From: the human T2T-CHM13v2.0 reference genome, Homo sapiens
Strand: one strand, 5' to 3'
DNA: 64,000 bases
NCBI RefSeq assembly: GCF_009914755.1
Contig: NC_060932.1
In this document: in pieces, positions 39,230-55,609 of the stretch
Position numbering within the stretch: position 1 is the first letter of the stretch
How the letters are laid out: every line of letters starts with the position of its first letter
Program-made: the position numbers and the translations under genes
Notes under the pieces: model-generated
What the model was told of the DNA's origin: nothing
The model's input: only the letters and a program-made list of their open reading frames with translations
The model's database searches: none

Positions 39230-40499
39230 ACATGCCATTTTTCTAATTCATTATTTCACTTTTTATGTTTATTAATTTCTTTTTTTCTATTTTCCTGTTT
39301 TTCATTTTATTCTAACTTCTTGAGTGCTTATATTATCTCTTTCATTCTTTCTTGTTTATTAATATTTCAGCTATATCACCTAGATAATTGTATATTGTTC
39401 TTTCTTCGATTGTTATTTCCCAGATATCCTATAATTTCAGTTTTGATTTTATATTTGATGCAAAACTTAACAGAATTTTAAAATATCCTGATAGTAGATT
39501 ATTTTCATTTTCTGGGTTTGTTATTTTTAAGTTTTATTACATTATGAGCACAGATGTATACATTGTTTTTCCTTTTTGAAAACTGTCAAAGTTTTTTTTT
39601 GTTTGCAAATGGGCAGTTTTGTGAATGTTCCATGGAAACTTGGAAAGAAGGTGTAGTCTCTATTTTTAGAGTAATGTATATCACTTAATTTTATTTAGGT
39701 TTTCCATATTCTGAAAAAAATTTTTTTTTGCTTATTCTGTCATGTCCTGAGAGAAAAGAAAGTTTCCTATTGCTGAGATTTTATTTTCTAATTTAAGACT
39801 TCTGTTTTCTGTAGGTTTTTCTTTATTGATATTGCTTCTGTATTACTGGGTAATTAGATAGTCATAACATTTAATCTACATTTTGTATTGTGCCCTTTAG
39901 CATTACAAGGTGTTTATCTTTTTTCATTGAACATATACTATGCTGCATTAAAACCCATCTGATATTAATACCATGAACGTTATTTTCTTTTTACTTGCTC
40001 TTGCCTGTTGTAATCTTTGCCTTTCCTTTTATTTTCAACCCTTCTTGGTTACTTATTGATTTGTCGTATTCTTGTGTGCAGCAGATATTTGGATTTTGCT
40101 TTGAGGCCCACCTCATTTTTCTTTTAATGAGTATGTTTAGGCCATGTGTAGTTGTAGAAATAAGTGTTTACTTTTAATTCTGTCATTATATCTTATCACA
40201 CTTTGTTCACAGTATGGACTATTTCTGCTTTGTGGGGCGTGTGTGTATTTTCTGATTTGGAAGATTTGTAATTTTATGCTACCAGTTACTTTATAATTAT
40301 ATCTTTATGTGACTCTCTATTTCCTACTATTAGCATAGATGAACTTGGCAATTTCCATTTTCTTCCTTCTACTCCTACTGCAAAATTGACGGTACTATAT
40401 TTCTTCATGTATGCCTCTTTATATTTCAATGTACTGTAATTCTGTTGCTTGACTTACCAGTTTTAAATGATCTCTTTTGATTGCTAGTATATCAATTAG

Positions 40500-41000
40500 A
40501 ATATTTTCATTGATAAGTAACTGAAAAGCCATCTAGTGGTTGCTTAATCAATTAAGACAATTGCTACCTTAATAATAATGTTAATAAGTCCAGAAGTAGG
40601 ATAGTTCTAGTATCTCAACAATGTTTTTAGAATCCAGTTTTTCCATATTTTTCTTGACCATTCTCAGCATGTAGGCTCTTAACCTCATTGTTGTTTCTTC
40701 TTGGTTACATTTATAGGCATGAATTTATCCTATAGCAGCATAAGAGACAGAGAAAAATGCTGTTTATCTTCTCAAATTTCTTCATAAGAACTGAGAAACA
40801 AATGTCTGCTCATGACTCATTGGACAGAATTGAATCACATGTTCATGCTAAAACCAGCCAACGTTAAGAGAAATAGATTTCCCAAGACTAGCTTATGCTA
40901 ATCACAAATCATTCTGTGGAGCTGGGGAGAACGTCCTAGTTCTACAATACAGAAGCAGAAAAGGATAAATTTGTGTAGGTCTCCAGTGGTGTCTGCTACC
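40500..41000 (-). mobile_element. Old MLT1 (I/J type) LTR remnant
   Basis: aataagtccagaagtagg...tgactcattggacagaattgaatcacatg...gtgtctgctac. Confidence 0.5.
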
Positions 41001-42754
41001 TCTGTCTCTATAAAATGAAGAAATCAGCAGAAATATACTGCCACCAATTTTCTTGCCCCCTTGCTGTGTCAAGTTTTGTTAATTACACATTGTTACATGT
41101 CAAGGCTTCTAACCTATTCATTCTATCCTGTAACCATAATGTATTTGTTTTGGTCTTCGTTATAGAGAATTCAGTACAACTATTAGTCATTTTGCCAGAG
41201 ATTTATCATGCATTTCTTGATTGACTGAAGTTAATGCACTAGCAATTTCTTCCAGAAATGGAAAAAGGGAAGAAGGGAACCAAATTCTGTGGATTATTGC
41301 ATGTTAAAAAAAGTTTGTCAGCAGTCATTGTACTTCAGCAACAGTTCGATTGGATATAAAATTTTTTCTTATTTCCTTGAGGACTTTTCTCTAGATGGGA
41401 AAAATTATGTATTGAAACCTGTTCCTTCCATTGTTTTGATTACACTTTTTGGGGACACTAGTTGTACATATGCTTGATTTCCATTTTCTCTCTCTTCCTG
41501 GCCTTTTGGCTAACATCAAGTGTAATTGATTTCCATTTTCTGTATATATCCTTTTTTCTATAATCATTAAAAAATTTTACTTTTGCTATAATCCTTTTTA
41601 ACTTGGTTATTTACATTTTATTCTGATCACTTTTTAAATTTGTGTCCTTCATAATTCTTACTTTGTTTTCAGCAGCATTTACTCTGTTTGGATTGTCTCC
41701 AATATGACCTTCATTTCTCTGATGGTTTTATTTTTCTCTCCTGTTTATGAGCTCTGCCAGTCCAATCATCATCTCCTTGTATTGCCTTGCCTTATTTTAC
41801 TTGGGCTCTTGTATACTTAGTTTGCATTTTTAATTTATAGAGGTATGTGCTTATTTTTTTGTTTATATCATTATATTTGGTCACAATTTTTATCTGTTCT
41901 GTGGCAATATTTTTTGGATGCCACTTTCCTCTGTTCCCTATTTTCTCCTTTTGTGGCTCTTATGCAAGTTATTCCTTTTAAAAAATAATCATCTCTAACT
42001 GAGGCACATTTTTTCTGGATCAGCTACCTGTAAAAGGTTTGTGTGAGAGGGGCACCCCATTGTGTTCTAGGCTAATAACAATTGTCCTTATGATTTAATG
42101 AGTATTTTTTTTAATTTAGCTTTTACTCTCTTCCCCATTGCCTTGCCTTCAGACAGATTTCTGAAAATATAGCTTATACATGTGATTTGTTATTCAGTCT
42201 CAGTTACTTGCTTTCTTTAGTGCCAAGTTGTGTCCAGGAAATCTATTGCCAAGTTATGCAACTACTATCATTATTCCTAACAAGGGATTGTTAGTTTTTC
42301 TGTTAGGATGTGATGCTTACTTTGGAAGATTGTTTTCTGCTGTAGCCATATGTAGTTTCTTTTGACATCTTCTTGCAACTCCGTTTGAGCTGTGATACAA
42401 AGTTTACATGCCCAGTGCAGGGGAAATGATGTGTGTCTGCCACTTTTGAGTGCTATGATTGTTCACTTCTTTAGATTCTCATAGTCTGTCCTGATAATTG
42501 CAGGAATTAGAAAAGGCTGGCCTAGAGTCCTTTCCTCACCTATGACTTTAGGGCCACATTATGGCTTCCTTTTCCCATTTCATGAAAATATGACTACATC
42601 TATGGTCTTTTATGAAAAACAAAGTAAAATGCCCTGCTAGCAACTGGCAACCCAAATCCAAGAGGTAACCAGATTTTCTTTAGGAATATAAGTTTTTCCA
42701 AGGCAATATCCATGTGTGAGACATCTTTGGAAGAATAAATGTACAGAAATTGGT

Positions 42755-43207
42755 TGTATTAGTTTCCTAGGGCTGCTTTAACAATTTACCATAAAACCAG
42801 TGGCTTAAAAGAACAGATATTTATTCTTTCACAGTTCTGAAAAGCTGAAGTTCTAAATGAAGGTAACAGCAGGGATGCTGTTCCTTCAGAGGTTCTAGGG
42901 GAAGAATTCTTCCTTGCCTCTTCCAGGTTCTAGTGGCTCCAGATGTTTCTTGGCTTGTTGCTGCATAACTCTAATCTCTGCCTCAGTCTTTATATGGCTT
43001 TCTTCCTTATGTTCTGTCTTCTCTTCTGTCTCTTATAAGGATACTTATCATTGAATTTAGGGCCCATCCAGGATGATCTCATCTCAAGATCTTTAACTTA
43101 ATTATATCTGTAAAGTCCCTTTTTTTGAATAAGGTTATACTCATCAAAAGTACTAGGGGTTAGGACATGGATGTATATTTTGGGGGACCATTACTCAACC
43201 CACTCCA
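42755..43207 (-). mobile_element. MLT1B/C solo LTR
   Basis: tgtattagtttcctagggctgc...ggggttaggacatgg...ctcaacccact. Confidence 0.87.
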
Positions 43208-46200
43208 CTAGTGTTTCTGTGTCATCTCTCTTCATACATTTAACAGTTATATATATAGCAATGTCTTTGTGAGTAACACTGTTCTGGGGGTTTCAGAGTA
43301 TTGACTATCTTTTCCTTAAAATGTTTATAATTTACTTGAGGACTCAAGATCTACATTTGGACAATAATATAAGTTAAAACAAAAAATAAAGCGGAGTCAT
43401 TTTGGTAACTGGTGTGAGAATTCCATTGCTGGGAAATATGTTCTTGATATGATACTTTGATAAGCTTGGGTAGAAGTTAGCCTCCAAAGCCCAGCTAGTC
43501 CTCAGGTTTCTTTGATGCTGGTATGAGAAGTGGCTTTTCGGTAGAGGCAAGCCTAATGGGGATTTCCATGTAAAATGCTGTTCTGTGCACTCTGACCCTT
43601 CCTTATTACTCCAAAATATGTCCAAAACCATATAAATAACAGTGAAAATAGGTTGAGTGTATTTCTTTTGGAAATCACTGAACACCCTGGGCATTATCAA
43701 AACATACAATTACATATAATTAAATAAGACAATAATACTATTAATAAGTCATACAGTTCTGGAAAACAGTAAGGTCTCTCTGGTTGGAGTTGTCTCTGGA
43801 AAATGAATCTTGAGTTGAATGTTAAAATTGGGTGGAATATGATTGAGAAAGGGTATTCTAGAAAGGAGAATGATATTGGTAAGTGCAGGAGTGTACCTAA
43901 GACAAGCTTGAGACACCAAGTGAGTGGTCTGATCCTGCTGAATTACAGTAGGCTTTCAGTAGAAGTGCAAGATTGTACCTTGCTTGTAGGTGTGTAATAG
44001 AACTATTGTGAATAAAGTTGTGGTTCATAATAATTATTGAACCCTAGGGCATTAAGCAAACATAGGCAGTGGTCAGGTAGTTACAGCGGGCCTTGGGTGA
44101 GACCCAGTGCTATGCTGGCTTCAGGTCTGACCCAGCACAGTCCCAGTGTTGGTGACTGCAGGGTTGCTTGTGCCACCCCTCTCCCAGCTCCAGGCAGCTC
44201 AGCATAGACAGACTCTGTTTGTTTGAGAGAAAGTAAGGAAACAGAGCAAGAGTCTTCCTGGTAATCCAGAGAATTCTTCCGGATCTTATCCAAGACCATG
44301 AAGGCGATAACTCTACAAGTCCACAGGAGCCACAGTTTTACTAAGCTTTAGGTGTCCCCTAATGCAGATACAGCTGCAATGACCAAAAACTTAGACCACA
44401 ACACCCAAGTCCTTTCAAATACTTGAAAAGCCTTCCTAAGAAGGACAGGTACAAATAAGTCCAGGCTGCAAAGACAACAATAAATATTCAATTCTTCAAC
44501 AGCCAGAGACCAATGAACATTCACAAGGATCAAGACCGTCCAGAAAACATAATCTCACCAAATGAACTCAATAAGGTGCCAGGGACCAATTCTGGAGATA
44601 CAGAGATAGGTGACCTTTCAGAAAATTCAAAATAGCTGTGTTGAGGAAACTCAAAGAAATTCATTGATAAGGAATTCAGAATCCTATCAGATAAACTTAA
44701 CAAAGAGATTGAAATAATTAAAAAGAATCAAGCAGAAATTCTGGAGTCCAAAAAGGCAATTGACACTCTGAAGAATGCATTAGAGTATCTTAACAGCAAG
44801 AATAGATCAAGCAGAAGAAAGAATTAGTGAGCTTGAAGACAGGCATTTTGAAAATACGCAAAGTAGACAAAAGAAGAAAGAATAAAAAAGATTGAAGCAT
44901 GCCTACAGGATCTAGAAAATGGCCTCAGAAGTGCAAATCCAAGAGTTATTAGCCTTAGAAAGGAGGAAGGGTAGGGAGGGGGGAGAGAGGGAGAGAGAGA
45001 GAGTAGGGTAGAAAGTTCATTGAAAGAGATAATAACAGAGAACTTTCCAAACCTAGAGAAAGATATCAATATTCAAGTACAAGAAGGTTATAGAACACCA
45101 AGATTTAACCCAAAGAAGACTACCTCAAGGCATTTAATAGTCAATCTCCCAAAGGTCAAGTATAAAGAAAGGATCCTAAAAGCAAGAAAAAAGAAACAAA
45201 TAACATACAATGGATCTCCAATACATCTGGCAGCAGACTTCAGTGAAAACTTTACAGGCCAGGAGAGAGTGGCATGACATATTAAAAGTGCCAAAAGAAA
45301 AAATCTTTTACCATGGAATAGTATATCCAGCAAAAATATTCTTTGATCATGAAGGAGACATAAAGACTTTTCCAGACCAAAAAAAAGGCTGAGGGATTTC
45401 ATCAACATCAGACCTGTCCTACAAGAAATGTTAAAGGGAATTCTTCAATCAGAAAGAAAAGGATGTTAATGAGGAATAAGAAATCATCTGAAGGCAAAGG
45501 ACTCAGTGGTTATAGTAAGTACACAGAAAAAAATGGAATATTATAACACTGTAATTGTGGTTTGTAAATTACCCATATCTTAAGTAGAAAGATGAAAACA
45601 TGAGGTGATGAAAAATAATAAACTGCAACTCTTCAAGATGTAGGCAATACAATAAGATATAAATAGAACAATAAAAAGTTAAGAAGCAGGGAGATGAAGT
45701 AAAAGTGTAGAGTTCTCTTTTTGCTTGCTTGTTAGTTTGTTAATGCAGTGTTAAGTCACCAGTTTAAAATAATGGGTTATAAGATGGTATTTGCAAGCCT
45801 CATGGTAACCTCAAATCAAGAAACATAAACAAATACACTAAAATTAAAAAGCAAAAAATTAAAACATAGCACCAGATAAAATGACCTTCACAAAAAGGAA
45901 GACAGAAAGGAAAGAAGGGAGGAAGGAAGAGAAGACCACAAAACAACCAGAAAACAAATAATAAAATGGCAGGCATAAGACCTTACTTATCAGTAATAAC
46001 GTTTAATGTAAATGGACAGAACTCTCCAATCAAAGGACATGGAGTAACTGAATGGTTTAAAAAAAAAAAAGACCCAATTATCTGTTACCTGCTGGAAACA
46101 CAATAAAGAAATATCAGACTTAATCTGCACAGTAGATCAAATGGACCTAATAGAAATTTACAGAACATTTTATCCAATGGCTGGATAAGACACATTCTTC

Positions 46201-46589
46201 TCCTCAGCATATGGCTCATTCATAAGGATAGACTATATGTTAGGCCACAAGACAAGTCTTAAAACCTTTGAAAGAACAGAAATTATGTCAAATATCTTCT
46301 CTGACTACAGTGGAATAAAACTAGAAGTCAATAACAAGAGGAACTTTGGAAACAACAAACACACAGAAGTTAAACAATGTGCTCCTGAATGACCAGTGGG
46401 TCATTGAAAAAATTAGGAAATTAAAAAAAAATTGAAGCAAATAATAATGGAAACACAACATACCAAAACCTATAGGATACAGTGAAAGCAGTACTAAGAG
46501 GAAATTTATGTGTATAAGCAGCTACATAAAAAAGAGGAAAAACTTCAAATAAACAAACTAATGGTGTATCTTAAAGAACTAGAAAAGCA

Positions 46590-48179
<1,590 letters not shown>

Positions 48180-51100
48180 AAAGAACTAGAAAAGCAAGAG
48201 CAAACTGAACCCAAAATTAGTAGAAGAAAATAAATAATAAAGATCAGAGCAGAAATAAATAAAATTAAAATTAAAAAATAGTACAAAAGATCAATGAAGT
48301 GAAAAGTTGGTTTTGTGAAAAGATAAACAAAATTTACAAACTTTAGTCAGGCTAAGAAAAAAAGAGAGACTACCCAAATAAATAAAATAAGAGATGAAAA
48401 GGAGACATTACAACCAATACCACAGAAATTCAAAGGATCATTAGAGGCTGTGATGAGCAAATATGTGCCAATAAACTTGAAAACCTAGGAGAAATGGATC
48501 TCATTCTAGATACAAACAACCACAAGATTGAACTATGGAGGAATCCAAAACTTAATCAGATCAATAACAAGTAACGAGATGGAAGCCATAATGGAAAGTC
48601 TCCCAGCAAACCAAAGCCTGGGACTTGATGGTTCCATGGCTGAATTCTAACAAATGTTTAAGGAAAAACTAATACCAGTGCTACTCAAACTAGTCCAAAA
48701 AATAGAGGAGGAAAGAATACTTCCAAACTGGCCTTCTATGAGACCAATATTACCCTGATACAAAAACCAAACAATGACACATTGAAAGACAAAAACAAAA
48801 AATTACAGGCCAATCTCCCTAATGAACACTGATGCCAAAATTCTTAACAAAACATTAGCAAACTAAATTCAATGATACACTAAAAAGATTCATCATGACC
48901 AAGGGGAATTTATCCCAGGGATGCAAGTATCCTCAACATATGCAAACCAATTCATGTGATACATCATATAAACAGATTGAAAAACAAAAAATCATATGGT
49001 TATTTCAACTGATGCTGAAAATGTATTTGATAAAATTCAGCATCCCTTCATGATAAAAACTCTGAAAAACTGGATATAGAATGAACATAGTTCAATGTAA
49101 TAAAAGCCATATATGACAGATCTATAGCTAGTATCTTACTGATGAGGAAAATCTGAAAGCCTTTTCTCTAAGATCTAGAACATGACAAGGATGCCCACCT
49201 TCACTACTGTTATTCAACAGTCCTAGCAAGAGCAATTAGACAAGAGAAAGAAATAAAGGGCATCCAGATTGGAATGGAAGAAGTCAAATTATCTTTGTTT
49301 GGAAATGATGTGATCTTATATTTGGAAAAACCTGAAGACTCCACCAAAAAAGTATGAGAACTGTTCAACAAATTCAGTAAGGTGGCAGGATACAAAATCA
49401 ACATATAAAAATGAGTAGTATTTCTATATGCCAACAACAAACAATCTAAAAAGAAATTTAAAAAGTAATCCCACTTACAGTAGCTACAAATAAAATTAAA
49501 TACCTAGGAATTAACCAAACAAGTGAAAGATCTCTACAATGAAAATGATAAAATGCTGATGAAGGAAATTGAAGAGGACACAAAAAATGGAAAGATATTC
49601 CATGTCCATGGATTGGAAGAATCAATACTGTTAAAATTTCCATACTGTCCAAAGCAATCTGCAGAATTAATGCAATCCCTATCATGATACCAATGACTTT
49701 CTTCACAGAAATAGAAAAAACAATCCTAAAATTAATATGGAACCACTAAAGGCCCAGAATAGCCAAAGCTATCCTGAACAAAAGGAAAAAAATGAGGAAT
49801 CACATTATCTGACTTCAAATTATACTACTGAGCCATAGTAACCAAAACAGTATGGCACTGGCATAAAAACAGTTAGACCAATGGAACAAAATAGAGAACC
49901 TAGAAATAAATCTATACATCTATGGTGAATTTATTTTTAGCAGAGGAACCAAGAACATATATTGGGGAAAGAACAGTCTCTTCAATAAGTGGTGCTGGGA
50001 AAACTGGATGTCCATATGCAAAAGAATGAAACTAGACCCCCATCTTTCATGATATACAAAAATCAAATCAAAATGGATTAAAGACTTAAATCTAAGACCT
50101 AAAACCATGAAACTACTATAAGAAAATATTGGGTGAAACTCTCTAGGACATTGGACTGGGCAAATATTTCTTCAGTAATACCCCACAAGCACAGGCAACC
50201 ACCGCAAAAATTGACAGATGGAATCACAGTAAGTCAAAATGCTTGTGCATAGCAAAGGATACAACAAAGTGAAGAGACAATCCACAGAATGGGAGAAAAT
50301 ATTTGGAAACTATCCATCTGACAAGGGATTAATAGCCATAATATGTAAGCAGCTCAAACAGCTCTATAGGAAAAAATATAATAATATTATGAAAAATGGG
50401 CAAAAGATGAATAGATATTTCTCAAAAGAAGGCAAACAAGTGTTGCAAAGGTGCTCAACATCACTGATCATCACAATATGCAAATAAAAACTACAGTGAG
50501 ATATCATCTCACCCCAGTTACAATGGCTTTTATCCAAAAGACAGGCAATAACAAATGCTGGCAAGGATGTGGAGAAAAGGGAACCCTTGTACACTATTGG
50601 TGGGAATGTAAATTAGTACAACCACTATGGACAACAGTTTGGAGTTTTCTCAAAAACCTAAAAATAGAGCTACCATAAGATCCAGCAATCCCACTGCCAG
50701 CTATATACCCAAAAGGAAGGAACTCAGTATATTGAAGAGATATCTATGCTCTCATGTTTGTTGCAGCAGTTTTTCACAATAAGCAATATTTGGGAGCAAA
50801 CTAAGTGTCCATCAACAGATGAATGGATAAAGAAAATGTGGTACATGTACACAATGGAGTACTATTCAACCACAAAAAGAATGAGATCCTCTCATTTGCA
50901 ACATGGATGGAAGTGGAGGTCATTTATGTTGAGTGAAACAAGCCAGGTACAGAAAGACAAACATCACATATTTCCACTTATTTGTGGGAGTTAAAAAGTA
51001 AGACAATTGAATTCATGGACATAGAGAGTGGGATGAAGGTTACCAGAGGCTGAGAAAGGTAGTAGGGGGCTGGTGGGAAGTGAGAATGGTTAATTGCTAC

Positions 51101-52839
51101 AAAAATATGTTTAGAAAGCATGAATAAGACCTAGCATTTGATCGTACAACAGGGTGACTATAGTCAATAATAATTTAATTATACATTTAAAAATAACTAA
51201 AAGAGTATAATTGGATTACTTGTTACACAAAGGATAAATGCTTGAGGTGATAGATACTCCACTTACCCTGAAGTGATTATACACATTGTATGCCTTTATC
51301 AAAATATTTTATGTAACGCATATATATATATACCTACTATGTACCCACAAAAATTAAAACTAAAATCCCAAAATAATATAAACCACAGTGTCATATTTGT
51401 GCTTCACTGCATTCAAACAAATTTTGAAACATATGGTACTGAGGGCCCAAGCTGAGGACAAAGAGACATCAAGCACACCTATTCTAAAGTGAACTATAAA
51501 TAACTGGGGTCAGACACCTCCCCCAGAGATCAGTGAGAGGTGGCCAAACTGTCCTTATCACTCTAAACTGTCACCCAAGGCCTTTCCTATCATTTCCCAA
51601 TTGATAAAAGAAGATGTGGGGTAGAGAGGAGAAAGAAGATGACATTGTTACATTTGTGAGTTTCTTGCCAAATGTTGTGTTTCCCTCCCTTTCCCGTGGG
51701 GGCTTCCTGCCTACTTCAAAGCCCTGTGAAAAGTGGACTACTAGACAAGAGCCTGGGAGTGTCAACAGGAGACTGGCTTCTCACTCCTGGCTAGATGTTG
51801 CATGAGGTGAGGCAGCAGAGGCTTAGCTTGGTGAGGTTGTTAGCATGAAGTGAAGTATGGTGAAGGAAGAAAAGGACCTACCATGGGTCCTTGATGTGTG
51901 GGGGCATGTATGTACTTGGAAATTGATGCCTTCTGCTTGCGTGGCTGCACTACTCTGCCAAGGCTGATAGACAATGGACCGCAGGTAAGATGTCTAAGAA
52001 GAAGACAGAGAAAATCCCCCAGCTCACTTAGAAGGTCTGGAGGAGGATTTTCATGGTTCCTATGGCTTGTCAGAATAAGTCTAGCAGGTAGAATGCAAGG
52101 CATGAGTTTGGGAACTGATCAAGTGGCATCTAGTTATGAGATACCCCATTTGGTGAGAGGGTTGAGTGCGTGGACCAGTGACTGAGACACAAAATGGAGA
52201 TGCAGTTGTCTCTTGTTTTGAGGGCATTCTCAGTCATGTATAGTGCTGGCTTGAAGCAGAACATCTCTCCAAGTAAACTGCATGCACCTTCTGGGTAGAT
52301 AGCACCACATTGGTAAAGACCACCAGCATCAGAAAGAACCAGACCTAGCTAGAAGGGAACTCGAAACAGCTGCCCACTTCTTCCAGACAGCCAGTCTCAT
52401 ATGTCAACCTCTGCCACATCTGAAATTTCTCTCCCACTGCTCTAATGCGTGGGTGGACTTACAGCCTGGAAGCTGGAGGAGGGAGGAGGTACAGAGGACA
52501 CAGAGAACATCTCTTTCCTTCCTGAAGGATGGAGGGAGAAGAACTTTCCCCCTGTCTGCTCCAGGCCTGACCTGAAGCTTGGCTGGCCCCAGGGAGAGCA
52601 AAGAAGAGCTTTATACTAGCTATGAAACTGGAATTTAAAATATATTTGAGTCTTAAATACTGGAATTAGACTCTTCTAATAACTGAAAGTGATTGGAATT
52701 TTGTGGAATATTCCCAGATGTTACTAAGGGATAGTGAAATATGATTCAATGTAGGACAGCTGTCAGCAGGGATTGGGAAAATGAAACCATTTTAAGTTTA
52801 TTTTACATCAAATACAGACTGTACAATAACCTGGTTATA

Positions 52840-53060
52840 TACAATATAGTGGAAAGAAAATAGATTAAGTCAGACTGACTTGGGTTTGAATCCTTGCTCA
52901 GCAACTTACTTTCCACATGATTTTTGGCAAATTACTTTCAATAGTTTTCTTAACTGTGAAATGGGGATAGGCAGTAACATCATTCTTCCAAGGATTTGGG
53001 AGAAGATTAAATGAAATAAATTCTAGGAAGCGTCTAGTGTGATGCCTGAGACATATAGAC
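52840..53060 (+). mobile_element. MIR SINE
   Basis: gtcagactgacttgggtttgaatccttgctc...ctgtgaaatggggata...gattaaatgaaataa. Confidence 0.75.
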
Positions 53061-54244
53061 CTCTGAAATGGGGATTGATTATTACAGCTGGAGACAAATC
53101 TGGTAAATCAAGGACTAATGGCTGATGTAGCTATCAAATGTAATTTGAAGTAGTTAGATGGGTGGGATCTGATGAGTATTTGATGTTTTCTAAATCCCAA
53201 ACTATCTTTTTCAATGAAGTCAATGCATTTTCAAAGCATTTTTCTGCTTAATTTGGAATATTAAATGTATCTAACTGGAAGCGCATACTAGAAAAGCATG
53301 AGAAAGGGCTTCTTGTCCTGATCAGAAAGATGAGGAGGCTCCGAAGAGATCTGAGGTAGGACTTCTGCCAGCCTCAAAATGTGCCACACACATTTAACTG
53401 GGAAGATGCTCTGAATAACATACTCTTGGCCATGTGAATGCGTTCCTTGGCAGCCCTGGCCCTGCAAAGTTTGGCAGGAGGGGATTTTCGGGTTGCCAGC
53501 TAAAGCCCTGACACTCAGAGCAGGCCTCAGTGTCTCTGTTCCCAACCCTGTCCCCATCCCTAACTGAAGGAACTTTTGTTTGTGCAATAGCTGTTGTATC
53601 TCACTCATCCCTTCTACTAATTGGCTCTGACCCTAACTTTCCATATTCTCCAGCTTGGAGATGCCTGTGGGAGGTTTGCTTTGAGAAGGCCCCAGCTTTG
53701 GCATTGTCAGTTTTTCATCTGGCTCCTAATCTATTTCACTTTGTCTCAAGCTTCCCTTCTTTGGTGACCCACTAAAAACTGAAGTTGTGCTGGCAAGATG
53801 GTGCTTTGTTGTCATGGAAAGAGGCTGTTTGCAGAACTGCGGGGTTAACAAGAAGGCTTCTTTGGCCTGTGGACGGTTGGTTTGTCTTTGGCAGTAGCCA
53901 GTTGGAGTACAGCAGGGAGGCATGTTCATTCCAGAAGCCGTCTAGTCTTCAGTTGAAGGAAGTGCCATCTTAATTTTGAAGTGAGAGCAACTTACATCTA
54001 GAGCAAACTCTTTGAAGGAGGGGGATCTTCCAATATCCCGTGTGGGCCTCCCGAAGGCCCGAGGCATAGACAACAAGGAAGCAAGGAAGATGAGGAAGAA
54101 AAGGGGTGGGTAGAGAAAGGGAGAATAAGAGAGAGAAAGGTGAACGAAAGCTACAGCTGCTGAATCCTCTTCTGTATCCATCACATGTTTTTACTGAAAG
54201 TTTAAGATAATATCCCATTGCCTTATGTTTATTTGTTTATTTTG

Positions 54245-54460
54245 ATAGCTAACACTTAAATAGTGCTTACTACCTACCAGGTGCTGCATTAACACTATAT
54301 ATATTAAGTCTTTTAAGCTTCACCACAAACTCATGAGGTAGGCGATGGTACTATGTTTATTTCAAGATGGTAAACTGAGACATGGAGCCATTAAGTAACT
54401 TTTCTAAGATCACACAGCTAGTAAGTGGTAGAGCCAGGTTTCAAATGCAGGATTTATATT
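54245..54460 (-). mobile_element. MIR SINE
   Basis: gctaacacttaaatagtgcttactac...aaactgag...ttaagtaact...cacacagctagtaagtggtagagccagg. Confidence 0.8.
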
Positions 54461-54499
54461 TTCTCTTCCCTTTCCTTCCTGTCCCTCCCTCCCCTTTCT

Positions 54500-54952
54500 C
54501 CTTCTGTAAACAAGTGTCTTCTTTGAGGTGTATTTAGTGTCACATATTTTGCATTTTTGTGCTTTTTTTGGGGGGGTTGTGATTTTGCTGTTTAAAATGG
54601 CCCCCAAGTGTAGTGCTGAAGTGTTGTCTAGTGCTTCTACATGCAGGAAGATTGTGATGTGCCTTATAGAAAAAATGTGTGTGTTAGATAACCTTCATTC
54701 AGGCTTTAGTTGCAGTTCTGTTGGTTGTGAGTACAATGTTAATGAATCAATAGATAGATATTAAATATGATATTTAAAAGAAGCATACATAAAACAAGGT
54801 TATGTCTTCATAAGTTGATGAAAGTGTTATGACCAGAGGCTCACAAGAACCTAACTCTGTATTTCCCAAGAAGCCATGATTCAATAATCTCTAATTCAGT
54901 GTTTGTGACAACTTTATAGAACATAACTCCATGAATAATGAGACTTTGCCAT
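54500..54952 (-). mobile_element. MER82 fragment, opposite orientation to the copy at 21.5 kb
   Basis: gaccagaggctcacaagaacctaactctgtatttcc is the reverse complement of the 21.6-kb copy. Confidence 0.8.
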
Positions 54953-55609
54953 ATTTTTTTTGGCAAAGATTATAATAAATATGTCTTGCCACCTAAGTTT
55001 AGCTTGATGCACAGTCTTCTAAGCTATGTGGCCATTTGCTAAGAAATACCACTATATATGTTTTGTTTCTTCAGTTCATAAAATCTCATGCACAATATCT
55101 TATGTGGTGCCTGAGAAATAGTCAGTGCTCCATAAATGCTTATTGAATGAATGATTAAATGAATGAAAAAAGTAACACTCAAAATTTACAAGATAATCTA
55201 GTCTAGTACTTTACATTTTAAGAAATACATGAATGGACCTGGAACTAATGTGTGTGTGTTTTTTTCTTTTTAAGTAAGCCATATAACCTATGAGGCAAGC
55301 AAGTTGTTCTAATTGCCTTCTGGTTGATTACATACTATTTGTTGAGTACTAGCTACTGGGATTTTCAAAATGGAATTTTGCATAGTTTATTTCCCTCAAT
55401 CCTACCTAATAAGATTAAGGTCCATCTGTTTTGTATAAGAGTCCACTGTTTACTTATCAAGAGTGCTTTGATAAACGAAGAGGTTATCAGCCACTTGTAT
55501 GGGTATCCTATACTCTGTTTGGCTATAGTGAGGTTAAAAGGTCAAGAATCTGTAAGGGGATTCTTATCCATGAGGATATTATGTATGCCTAGGGACCATG
55601 GAAGTGAAG

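Larger units (their letters stand above)
36882..42050 (-). mobile_element. Long, highly decayed L1ME-like body
   Basis: T-rich with antisense L1 ORF2/ORF1 motifs in order (atttctgggttctctgttctgtttcattgatct; ggattctatttgcaaata; gtgaatgttccatg); interrupted by an Alu and an MLT1; right boundary approximate. Confidence 0.65.

Noticed and set aside
44969-44991. G-quadruplex-capable G runs (also 48001-48035)
   Set aside because: A low-complexity expansion within L1 ORF1 and the standard L1 3' UTR G-tract; common and not locus-specific
53288-53608. 106-aa ATG-initiated minus-strand ORF in unique sequence
   Set aside because: No recognisable domain or promoter/poly(A) context; length is within chance expectation for 64 kb
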